The notes under the pieces are model-generated. The model was given only the letters and a program-made list of their open reading frames with translations. It had not been told where the DNA came from and did not search any database. Below, piece by piece: positions 50,902 to 62,861 of a stretch of 64,000 nt of DNA. Position numbers and translations under genes: made by a program. The first letter of the stretch is position 1; each line of letters starts with the position of its first letter. Origin of the DNA: Massalongia carnosa (taxonomy: Eukaryota); NCBI GenBank assembly GCA_965645245.1, contig OZ287076.1:1054001-1118000 (forward strand), read 5' to 3'.

Positions 50902-52798
50902 ATAATTGGAGCAGGCGCAGAGAGGAGGCGAACAGAGGGAATCGAGAATCCAAGCGGTGTAGATGGATAGATGAAGCAAACGATTTCTGCGCTTTCGAGG
51001 TTCGTGAAAAGAGTTTGTCATCAACGTCAGCTGATCTCAGAATCAGATTATCATTCACCGTTGAAAGCCCTAACTTATGCAATACTCGAGCTAGGGCTAC
51101 CTAGCTTCGTTATGCAAGGCTAGCCCTTTGAAGGTGTTGCTCAACGTGAGGGGGTACAAGAGTTATCCACCACAGATAACGGAGTGTTGTACCTTCCTGA
51201 GATGGGCTAGCAAGATAAGAAAGCTTACTTCATGGTGGATACTGGGGAACTCTGTTGAACTGCCGTACATACATAGCAAACAAATATCTTTCAACACCTG
51301 CATTTGGGCACTCCGCTACCGGCAGTCCAACAACGGTACCAAAAACTCTCAATACAGTTTGTAGTTGTCTAGTAATCACGTATAACGACTTACCCCTTTT
51401 CTCATGCTGGAATACTATTCATAATGACCTCGGAAAAGAATTCTCACATAGTTACCTACTTACTCCGCACATCCCTCTCCATCAGCAAGTGCCTTTTTTA
51501 TAACAGGCGCTGCTGAACACCGGAACACATTGTAACCTCCTGCAGCCCCATTTTCCACATCTTGTGACTAGTTAGGCAAAAGATACGGCACCCGATTGGA
51601 TTCACCGCAATCTTACATAGTCTTTTTCGCGCTACGACTTTCAAGAGAGCTAAAACCTGCAATTCATGCGCCAAGGGCGAGGGAAGGGATACCAATAGAT
51701 TTTCGAAGTCTTATGATGACAGAGGAACTGATTGGAGCAGAGCAAGAAATAACCCGTTTGCTAGCATACAAACCTCAATCCGCCAGTCGGATATTCAATC
51801 TACAAAGACTCGATAGATTCTAAGTTGCAGTTTTCAATCGCGCCTTTTCTATCTATTTCTACCGTGTTTGCTTGTCGGTTTTATTTATTTATTTATTCTC
51901 ATTTTGTTAGTAGCACTAGTAGATAGAACGGGCTGTGGGCACGACTAGAGGCTATTAAGGCCTTCGTCACTGTTAGGCACGGGACGCCTAGCCAGCCAAG
52001 TGACCCCTAAAAGGGGCACACGCCTATATAGCCCACGCTCGCTACTAGCTAATAGAACAACTTTATCATCCAACTCAAGCACTGACGTAGTCATACGTCT
52101 GGTGCCACGAGTTGGGGTAAACCCACACATTTTTAGCGTAAAAAAAATGCTCATTCGGTTAAAGCGACAGGATGAAAAAGCGAATGATAAAAGCGATACC
52201 GATAGGAAACTTCGAAGAGGGGTTGGGAAAATTTTTAAAAGCAGATAATTTGTCATATTTCTGCATTGCACGTTGTTTCTGATGCCTTGCAGGACCAATC
52301 ACCTGCAGGTTAACCCTCCAGCTATAAGATACACTAGCCACCAGTCAAGCTGATATCTCCAACAAAGCAAACAACAAATGTGAATAGGAAAAGGGACGGT
52401 GGAATAGAAAAAAACCTATTATTGATCAACTTAAACATCCCGAGTAATTGGAATGCTGCCAGCTATTACCCACCCTCACCGACACCTCCTACTTCCGTTT
52501 TCTATAATTAAAAATCGATTCTCCTACAAAGATCGCCTCCATTTTAAGCATCAGGCTCGCAAGCTCCAGAAAAGAAAGCTAGTCAAACCGTCCGATCATC
52601 CATCTAATTCCCTCCCATTCTATACCTAGCTCCTCGGATTTTTACTTAGCCTTCCAACCCATCCCCCTTTGATTCAAAACTTTGTTGGTATAAAACAATC
52701 ATTACACCGTTCAGGATCGTATGGTGTTGATGCGAGACTTATCCGGAGTCGTCATACACCATGCGTACATATGCCTACAGAAAGTTTAGTCATGAAGA

Positions 52799-54211
52799 TG
52801 ATGATGATGTATTCATACTCCGATATGACACCGGCCGTAGGCCGGCCCATGCGGGCAAAGCTATCTAAGTTATGTTACATGGAAAACCTTTCACAGGTGT
52901 AAAAACCATATCCCTTGATACCCATCCGATGTGACTGCGGGTCGACGTCGGGCGGGAGACGCAGTGCAAAAGACGTGTGGGAACTGTAAGGCCTTGTGAA
53001 AAGAGAAGAAAGCAAGAAAGGCTCATCTATTGTTGATTGTACAATAATGTTGATGCTAGTGAGAATTGATTCAATAAGCCTGTTTTCATTAGCCAAGCAG
53101 TTAGTATCTTCAGAGTTTTGATGATTCGGTCAGCTGCTGATAGTCGCTCGTGCCGGCGGCGCGAAACATCTGTTCTCTATTGTCAATAAGTCTGCAGAAC
53201 ATGATTACATGTTCTGGAGTTTGTCTGTGCCAGCCACATGAGCAGGCCGGTGAGGTGACGGAGGGCACCCGTCGCTTGTAGAGGAAGTCAGCTAACCCGA
53301 TCTTGCCAGTGCGGATTTGTGTTGTTAGAGCGCTTTCTGCATTTTTTAGCTGCGTGTGTATTTTCAGCCGTTTTTTGCTCAGTGGGACTGATTGTGCTAT
53401 GGAGGGTTCGATGACGCGATTTTGATATGCGCACCACGAGTCGTTCCAGACCTTCATTTGTCGTGCTTTGATTGTTTGCATCTGCTTGTGTCGGGCCGTT
53501 GCCGCAACGGTAGCTTCGCGGTGCCACGCCGGGTAGACTTCGAACCATGGTGGGTGTGCCTTTGGTGGTTGAACTATTTTTGAGTCGATCAGTAGGCTTT
53601 TGGCCCAGATGTGTTTCAGCTCTCCCGGGGTGGGCTTTTGAAGTCGTTTGCGACCTGCCTTGCCTCGAAGTTTGTCAGCTATTTTGTTGCATGCGGAGGA
53701 GATGATCTTCAATTGGCCTCCGGCTCGGAGCCGGTGCCTTGCCTGTGCTTGTAGCATGTCGAGATGCGTGTCTATGGGCGCTATGAATGTCTCTGCTTCT
53801 AGTAATGAGATGGGAGTGGCTTTAAAGGCACCGGCTATGGTGCGAAGGCAATTGTTTTGCATGACGGAGAGCTTGCTCGTTGACGTTTTTGACTTTTTGA
53901 CTTCTTTGGGCATGTGCCATACGGTTGACCCATATGTCATGGCCGGACGCACCACGGCACTGTAAACTTGCCTTGCCTTGGCGAAGGTGGCACCCCAGGT
54001 TGATGTGGAAATTTTTGTTAATGCCATGGATTGTTTGACCATTTTCTCTTGCGTTTTGCGAACGTGCGGTCCCCATTTCAATTTGGTGTCGATTTGTAGG
54101 CCCAATACTCTGATGTCCGTTTTTGGTTCAATTTCGGTGCTAGCAATATTGATGGATGCAGTCATGTTGAATCTTTTGGGATTTCTGGACAAGTGTATGA
54201 GTCGTACTTAC
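52799..54211 (-). mobile_element. 5'-truncated Tad-like LINE with a 9-bp target-site duplication
   Basis: RT thumb RVLGLQIDTKLKWGPHV, TWGAT..VYSAVVRPAMTYGSTVW and IAGAFKATP; CCHC finger CSCG..QTPEHVIMFC; no RNase H visible; (CAT)n tail; TCATGAAGA at 52790-52798 and 54212-54220. Confidence 0.93.
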
Positions 54212-54575
54212 TCATGAAGAAACACATGGCAAACTATCTATGTTATGCTCGCAATTCTTTCTCTTCTATTTTTCTTCTTTCATTTCTGCATAGCGTCGAA
54301 CTTCAAAAATATAATTATCCTGTTCTCCAATTACTCTACTACTAGTCTTCTTAGCTATCCTTTATATCACACATTTCACCTAATAAAAAAGCATACAAAA
54401 TGACCAACTATGGATGTTCGGGCTGCTGCCACTGGAAGCATGAACTCAGAGACCTACTACTGCCGTTCGTGTGGTCATTTCGCCTACATGAATGTCGGGA
54501 CCACAGCTTCGAAGCTGCCCTTTCCGGGCTTGCTATATCAGATTCCGCTGTTGACGCTATTATGGCTGAGAGAGG

Positions 54576-55207
54576 GGGGAGGGGGAGAGATGGGGAGGGG
54601 GAGAGATGGGGAGGGGGAGAGATGGGGAGGGGGAGAGATGGGGAGGGGGAGAGATGGGGAGGGGGAGAGATGGGGAGGGGGAGAGATGGGGAGGGGGAGA
54701 GATGGGGAGGGGGAGAGATGGGGAGGGGGAGAGATGGGGAGGGGGAGAGATGGGGAGGGGGAGAGATGGGGAGGGGGAGAGATGGGGAGGGGGAGAGATG
54801 GGGAGGGGGAGAGATGGGGAGGGGGAGAGATGGGGAGGGGGAGAGATGGGGAGGGGGAGAGATGGGGAGGGGGAGAGATGGGGAGGGGGAGAGATGGGGA
54901 GGGGGAGAGATGGGGAGGGGGAGAGATGGGGAGGGGGAGAGATGGGGAGGGGGAGAGATGGGGAGGGGGAGAGATGGGGAGGGGGAGAGATGGGGAGGGG
55001 GAGAGATGGGGAGGGGGAGAGATGGGGAGGGGGAGAGATGGGGAGGGGGAGAGATGGGGAGGGGGAGAGATGGGGAGGGGGAGAGATGGGGAGGGGGAGA
55101 GATGGGGAGGGGGAGAGATGGGGAGGGGGAGAGATGGGGAGGGGGAGAGATGGGGAGGGGGAGAGATGGGGAGGGGGAGAGATGGGGAGGGGGAGAGATG
55201 GGGAGGG
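54576..55207 (+). repeat. Perfect G-rich 16-bp minisatellite (TGGGGAGGGGGAGAGA), about 39 units
   Basis: ATG recurs every 16 bp from 54590 to 55198. Confidence 0.97.
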
Positions 55208-56143
55208 AAGGAGAAGAAGCTGCAGGTACCGCTGAGGTAAGATATAGCCAAAATTTTGACAGAGACATTGATAGCGCGCTACGAGCTGGAGAGAATGAAG
55301 GAAATGGGATTTCTTGGGTAAGGGTGGAGGGTCATGAGGGGATGGAGGTGGGGATGCAGGGGCTCCGCACGCTGGAGGGAGGGATTATTCAGATGGATTT
55401 AAGGTTTGCGTGCTGTCGATTAGAAAAGTCTAGAGACTCACGACTCTTAGCGAGTATTGACGGAAAGAGAGCGGGCTAGACGGCAGGGCCCATGGCTTTT
55501 CGACGCATGCGGTTCGTGCAAAAATCCTGGGCTTAGCTTGAGGCTTGATTGGGTTGAAGTTACTAAAATGCCGTCAAAGAAAAACGATCAGAGGAGAACT
55601 TGCATGCCCTGCGCCTCTTTCTTCCTAGAGATATCTATTCCTTAAAGTGGAGGTTCCTGAATGGTCGAACATGTATTGCATGGAGATATGTTCATAAGGA
55701 GACTATAGTTGAGCGGCCTGCATATCATCCACAGAAATGGTAGTATCTCGAGAACAAAACGCATCCTCGCGATTTTTTCAAAAAGTTATCAAATCTTTGA
55801 TACTTTAAGTACGCTCATATATTAGACATCATTTATCTTTCAGCAGTGGCAACGATTACATGAAACAACATACCAAGACGATGTGTCCTTGTTGAAGAGA
55901 CGGATCAGTAGTTTAGGAATTTGAAACTGATCAGCAGCCTTGGATGCAGATTAACGTAAAATGGTTTTCAGACTCGCCATACTGTTATTGATTAAAGGGA
56001 ATCGTCATCTGCGCTCATGGGTATCTTTAAATCAACAGCTGCTAGAGAACTTGCGCCCGACGTCTTGCCGTCATTTTCTTTCTTTTTCCTCAAGCACATG
56101 TCTCTTCTTTGCCTTAAGCATTGCGGTTTTTTATTATTTTATT

Positions 56144-58387
56144 TTAGCTTTCTTCCACCCATAGTTTGATCCTATCACCCACGTCGGCAACCAACCGTTC
56201 ATACTGCTCTCCAACAAAGAACAGTCCACAATGCGCTCCTACTTCGTCGACACCTTGCATAAAGATTCGAACCCAGCATGGATCGATCTGTTCATTTATC
56301 TTCGGAGGCAGCATGCAAAACTTCTTATCTCGCAATCGGCTGTTCACGTCAGAACCGGTACTGCCCTTATCGTCATAGCTATCAACTGGATTAGAGCTAG
56401 AATCTGGAATTATGGCAGATTTCACTTCCACTGGAGTCAATGGCGGACGCCTAATTGCCTGTTCTTTTTCAACCCGAAGTCGTTCTTTCTCTGTCAGCTT
56501 TGACACTTTCTCAGTTGCTTTTCTTGCTGCCTTTGTACGCTTCTCCATCAAATTTTCACGGGCTAGAATAGCTTTTTGACGATCTTTGAAGGCCCTTAAG
56601 TAAGCTTTGTTCAGGCGGATGTGCTCTTTGTATGCCAGTTGGCGGGCGTCTTTGTCGGCGAAGCCTGTAGGATCATGGGCTGGTGGTGGTTGCGGAGGAG
56701 GCGGAAGCGGGAGTAGCCCGAGCTCTTGCTCAATGGCACGATAATCCAGAACTGTTCCACCGTTATTTGGTAGTCCAGGTGCGCAATCTGTCGATGGAGA
56801 TTGAGGCTCGACCGCTGGGATATCTACAATATTTTCGGCCTCTTTCTTTCCAAAACCCTCATCTGTGGCCAGATTTGCCTCTAGAAGACTCATTTCTGGG
56901 GTCATATTATCCATTTCGGTATCTTCTATTGAGGATTGATTACTGTCCATGGGAAAAGCCTGATCTAAAATCTGGAAAGTTCTAGGACAGTCTTTTCTAT
57001 CCTGGTGCTCCAGAGATATTCGCGGGGTTTCGATTTGAGACTGATATTCAGGCGTAGACAAGCTCATATCTTGTAGTTCTTGCTCAATAGGCCCGCTGAC
57101 TTGGAGTTCGCTGGCATTCGCGCTTGGTTTACTCTGTGGAGATGGCTTTACCTTTTTAGGGCGACCTGTACTTGCAGTGTAGTAGTTTACAAATCGGACT
57201 CGTGTTGATTGATTTTCCTGATGCATCCTAATATCTTCCAATGCTCGAATTTTCGAATATCGGTTCTTTAATGCTTTATAGTCTGCGAGACAGCCGCCAA
57301 ATTCTAAATGTGAGGTTACATATGATTTTGCAGCTCGGGTTAATCCATCGGAATGCTTCGTCACGAAATGAATGGCATTATCCCAACCTGTACGTACTGG
57401 AGTGCGCATATCGTTACCAAACGGAGGATTGTAATTTGGATCCCCGGAACAAAGCGGAGGCGATGATAACGTTTGTCCAACAGTTCCGGGGCTGGCTGCT
57501 GTTTGTTTCCCAATGATATTAGAGTCAAAGTATTCCGAATTGCTGGAAGGCTGCACATTTGTTAGGTTGGCGGACACAGGCGTGTGTACCGAAGCTGGGA
57601 AACCACTGTTAGCAGCTGGCATGGGTCTTGCTTCCAGCTTTTCGGTCTGGATGCCTGGGGGTTGAGGACCTGGAGGCCCCGAAGCAGGTCTGAAGAGGCT
57701 GCCGATTCCACTCACAACGACGCCCGGATGCATTCCTAGGAATGGGGTATCGAAGTTGATGGTCCCTAGTATTCGGTGGCGAAATTTTTCGTTGCTGGCC
57801 CGAGAGTATGGAGGAAGCAATACAACTTCGGCCGCTAGAATACCCCCCATGCTGTGCCCAACAAGTATTATGTCCGTCTCTGCAGACTCATGCGGACAAA
57901 GCCTAGGACACGTTAACTTAGAATCCATCCTCTCTTGGTGGTTTTACCAATTGCTAAAATCATCGGTCGCATATTCGATCGCTTTTCTGGATTTATATCT
58001 AGGGTAAATCTTGGTATGCACTACATGTGTATTGGCAAGATTCACCGTGACAACGTTATGCACATGAGCTGGGAAGCTCTGAAAGCTTGTTTCATTGCCC
58101 AAAAAGCCATGAATATAAATTAAAAGTAAGGTCCTCCGTTCATCCTCTTGACCGGTGGGGGTAGGAACTAGTGACTGTGAGGAAGAAGAACGGGGATCCT
58201 GCGCTGACCAAGATTGAGTCAATGGCTGAGAATAATAGGTTTGTCTAGCCTCTGAGTACGATGGAGGGTTAAAAGAAGGACATGGGGATGCCGCGTTCGC
58301 GCGTGGTGGTAGAGGTGGAGGACCAGTAGATTGTATATTGGGTTGGAAGATTTCCGGGGAATAATTCTGATGATGCTTGAAGCCCAT
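56144..58387 (-). CDS. Alpha/beta-hydrolase, DUF676/PGAP1-like putative serine esterase
   Basis: LLIYIHGFLGNETSF, nucleophile elbow LVGHSMGG, FDTPFLGMHPG and C-terminal DEVGAHCGLF. The 45-nt intron 57903-57947 joins the two ORFs in frame; likely ATG at 58387. Confidence 0.88.
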
Positions 58388-59043
58388 ATTATTGAGTTGA
58401 TGAACCAAACTTGAAGCTACATCGAAATACAAAAGAAGATAGTGAAAGTGGCAGGCTTGTGGGCTTGCAGGGTAGCGATGTGATTCTAGGAGCGCCAATT
58501 TAGTTTGCCGTTTCACTCGTTTGCAACGAATGTTTCGCCGCGAAAACCGGTTTATGTAAAATCCGAACCACCCAATTGCTCATCTAAATCACCCAAGGCC
58601 GTCCAGTCACTGAACCGATGAGCTATCCATTTTTGCTATTAATTATCCTGAAAGATTATCCATACATTTACCATCTAAGGTGATGCATGAAGTCATATGC
58701 TTTTATGTCATGTGACTGCTATATAGATTCAGTAGATATACTGCTATTTCTAATATTTTCATAATGCATTTACGTCGCAAGTCCACTGCATACCACACCA
58801 TCCATCCAGTCGTGTAGAAAAGAGGCATGTATAGCGCGGAGTGTAGAAGGTTATATAGATCGCCGGATGACGAGTTGGATGACAGCCATACTCACTTGAC
58901 TGCACGATCGAGTGAGCAGGAAGAAGCTTTGGGATACGGTGTGCATGAGAAAGGATAAATGTAAGCGAAACTATTCCGAAGGCTAACTGAAAGGACCTTT
59001 CGAGCGCTATTACTATTGAATGCCTGTTACACCTCCGAGAATA

Positions 59044-59765
59044 TTAAATTCTTGCTGCAAGCTCGACGCCATACCACATCGTAAAAAACAAGCTCCCCAG
59101 ATTTGTAAGGGCCGAAGCGCCATGCATCCTACTAAATGCCTTATTGAGTTTTACCATCTCCTTTGAGTGAGGCGGGCTGTCATAACTTCTTTTCCCATCT
59201 CGTGTTTCTGATATACCGACAAATTAGCCATTCGTTTATAGAGAAGGGCATTTCGATATGCATACCTTGATGCTTTTTCTCCCTCATTATTCTTGTTGTC
59301 GCCGGTCCCAGCACAAGGAGATTCGTTAGGTTGATAGTGAAAATAGCCGCTATAGGAACTAGGACGCTCCATCGATTCTTCTCCATAAGGACACCCCCTA
59401 TACTAGAGGATTCAGACCCAAGGGGCGTCTTGGCACCGGGATAAGTGAGAGCGAGAATGACCGGAAGGGCGGTTTGAAGGGAGAAGTAGACGGGGAAGAT
59501 AGCTTGTTGAAGAGACGAGAACTGTGGCCGGGAGAGAGCCTTATAGGCTATGGGGCCTCCGATAAAGGACTAAAGTATCGAGTCAGTTAAGATATTTGAG
59601 AGACGTAGCCATAGGATTGGGGACCTGGAAGATTGAAGAGCCAAGAAGGGTGCCATAGCTGAAAGACGATTAATTGACATTGCCCTCACTCGAATAATTA
59701 GCCATGAATCTTTACGCAATGATATGATAGGGCCCAGGAGTAGCAAGAACTGAGAGATCGGGCAT
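59044..59765 (-). CDS. TMEM205/DUF4149-family small membrane protein, four exons
   Basis: Splicing three GT-AG introns gives MPDLSVLATPGPYHIIAYGTLLGSSIFQSFIGGPIAYKALSRPQFSSLQQAIFPVYFSLQ..NLLVLGPATTRIM..LNKAFSRMHGASALTNL..LAARI*. Confidence 0.85.
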
Positions 59766-60151
59766 TTCGGTGGTCTAGCTCTTCAGTATCATCTGGCAGC
59801 AGGGAGACACAGCGAATTAGCTGAAAGGGGGAACAAGTGACAACAGAACAGAACAGATAGCGAGGTGAGCTAAAGGCGTGAATTGTAGACGATGTGCAGT
59901 ACTATTGGTAAGAGTAACTGTTTTTTCGCATCTTCTAAACCAAACCCATCAAATAACAGACAGAACGACGTACCTACAAGATAGATTCCTGATATCCGTG
60001 AGGTTACTAGCGCGCTTAGCTACCTTAGCCGATTAGCTACACGTGATAACGTAATTAATGACGCGCGCCTGATTGATCAGCCCTATGATGTAAATATTCT
60101 TAAAAAGCTGTTGCAATGTAACCCCTGTCCACTCATAATCTATATCATATA
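59766..60151. promoter_or_regulatory. Probable bidirectional promoter region between the TMEM205-like gene and Ku80
   Basis: 386 bp between two divergent start codons; inferred from gene geometry only. Confidence 0.55.
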
Positions 60152-62861
60152 ATGGCTGATAAGGAGGCTACAGTCTACATTATAGATGTAGGTCGATCAA
60201 TGGGACAGAAGCATAATGGGCGAAACGAAACAGATCTTGATTGGGCTATGACATATGTCTGGGATAAGATTACAAGTACTGTAAGCGTTTGACTAAACTA
60301 AATGGAAAGGAAACGAAGGTCTTGCTAAGTTACACAGGTGGCTATGGAACGTAAGACTGCTACTTTAGGCGTCATTGGACTACGAACGAGTGGTATTATT
60401 AAGAGTATCAGTTTCATCTCAAACAATAACCAATGAATAGGCTCTGCGAATGAGCTTGCCGAGGAGGAGAGCTTTCATAATATCACTGTACTCCAGGAGA
60501 TTGGCCAGTATGCTTGCAAAATTTTTAGTGAAGTCCATCGCCAATGTGATTCAGGATTTTGCTACCAGACCTGAAGGTTTTGCGCCAAAAGGTTAAGTTG
60601 AGTAAGACGAACAAGGGTGATGGTATGTCCATCTCTCATGATCTCTGGGCCCTCTAAGAAGAAATAGCTATATCGGCAGTCATTATTGCAATCCAAATGA
60701 TTACAAAGTATTGCAAGAAACTTAAGTACATACGCAGAATTGTTCTCGTAACAGATGCGCGGGGCCCAATCGATGGGGATGGGATCCAAGAGATTACTAA
60801 GAAGGTCAAAGAAGAAGGTATTGAACTGATTGTCGTGTAAGTAGGATACATGCTGTAGCAAGTATAGTAAGCTGATTCTGATAGTGGAGTCGATTTTGAC
60901 GACGCTGAATACGGCTTCAAGGAAGAGGACAAGGAGATTGAAAAGGTCAATCATCGGGCTACATATCCACTGTCTTAACTAATAATTCGAGAACTGCAGG
61001 TAACCAACGAAGAAACTCTTAAATCACTCGTAGACTCTTGTGATGGTGTCTTTGGTACACTTCAACAGGCCATCGAGGAACTTGGAATTCCACGGCTAAA
61101 ATCAACAAGGCCGGCCACGTCCTACAAGGGGCAGATAACATTAGGGGATCCAATAAATTATGAGACCGCCATATGTATTGATGTCGAGAGATATCCTCGT
61201 ACTGCGATTAGAAGGCCCCTTACGGCCAGTCGATTTGTTCAATGCTCTGATACCTTTAATGGACACGCAAGCGCGCAGTCATCTGCAACGATATTACACG
61301 ATGCAGAGGACCCTGGCTCTGGAGCTCCTGGAACAGATCCTAAAAATCTGGCTGCCGTACGAAGTACTCGAACCTACCAAGTCATAGATGAAAGGGCTCC
61401 TGGGGGTAAAAGAGATGTAGAGCGTGAGGACCTTGCCAAGGGGTATGAATATGGCCGAACGGCAGTGCATATTAGCGAATCTGACGAGAACATTACGAAG
61501 TTAGAGACCCAAGCAGGTCTCGAAATCATAGGGTTCATACCGTGGTCCTCAGTTAGTTCTCCTCTCCCTAAGCATGCAAAGAAAACTTCCTGATTACTAT
61601 CTCATAGTACGAGCGCTACATGAGCATGTCTGTCTCTTCGGTAGTGATTGGCCAGAAAACAAATACCATAGCCATCATGGCTTTGTCATCACTGATTCAT
61701 GCTCTTTTCGAGCTAGAATCGTACGTGGTGGCGCGTCTGGTCCCAAAAGCTGACAGAAGCCCCGTCATCGTATTACTCGCGCCATCAATCGAGGCGGACT
61801 ACGAATGCCTCCTAGATGTTCAGCTCCCATTTGCGGAAGACGTCCGTTCATACAAGTTTGCGCCACTTGATAGAGTTCTCACCATATCTGGCAAAGTGAT
61901 TACTGAGCATCGCAACCTACCCACAGACGCTTTGAGCTCCGCCATGAGTGACTATATCGATCAAATGGACCTGTCAAGTCTAGGAAATGATGACGAAGGG
62001 TGATTATAGACTTAGGAATAGATTCGAGATGATATTAATAATTTGCAGAAAACCCGCAGAGTATATGGCTATCAGTGATACATACTCTCCAATTCTTCAT
62101 CGAATCGACCAAGCGGTTCGCTGGCGAGCCATTCATCCTATCGATTCTATACCCCCCCCATACGAGATCTTAACAAGATACTCTCAATTCCCCAAAAAGC
62201 TTGTGGCCAGTTCCAAGCGTCAATTGGAGGATCTAGTAGCAGCAGCAAACGTCAAAAAAGGTATATTCATCATGCGTATCTATAGCAGTAGTCCAAATTC
62301 GACCGTTAGCTAACGAAACCCCCTCCAAAGTCCCCTCCAAAGTCCGAAGCCGAAAACGCAACCGAAACGAAGCCAAACCCCTCTCAGGCCTCGATGTCGA
62401 CTCTCTCCTCCACCAAAACTCTGCCAAAAAAGCCAAAACCATCTCCCCCCAAAACATTATCCCCGAGTTCCGGCAAATGCTCGACGCGGCCGAAGATGCG
62501 GCCGGCATCCGCGACGCTGTGGCGCAGCTAGCTACAATCATCCAGGATCAAATCACGGATAGCTTTGGCGACGTCAATTACGGGCGTGCAATCGCCGAGA
62601 TGGCCCTGATGAGAGAAGAAATGATAGAGTTGGAGGAGCCGGAGTTATGGGATGAGTTTGTGAGAGGGTTAAAGGGAAAGTTAAGGGGAGGCCAGTTGGG
62701 GGGGAATAGGAGAGAGATGTGGGAGGAGATTAGGAGAAATAGGTTGGGGCTTGTGGGGAGGAATGTTGCGGAGGAGGAAGCCCGGGAGGTGAGTTTCGGC
62801 CGCAGCGAAGGAAGGTTTTCGCTTGCTAAACTCGTGCTATCAGTTTCTTTCCTCGAGGTGA
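60152..62861 (+). CDS. KU80: Ku80, ATP-dependent DNA helicase II subunit 2 (NHEJ), about 11 exons
   Basis: [102 protein letters not shown]; final exon FLSSR*. Confidence 0.95.

Noticed and set aside
51971..52129. Possible solo LTR (TGTTAGG..CACA with an internal TATATA)
   Set aside because: No matching 4-5 bp TSD, a very weak terminal inverted repeat and no second copy in the window.
54400..55479. Gly/Arg/Glu-rich and Pro/Ser-rich (extensin-like) ORFs
   Set aside because: The 16-bp repeat has no stop in any frame, so long ORFs are expected; the flanks show no recognisable domain.
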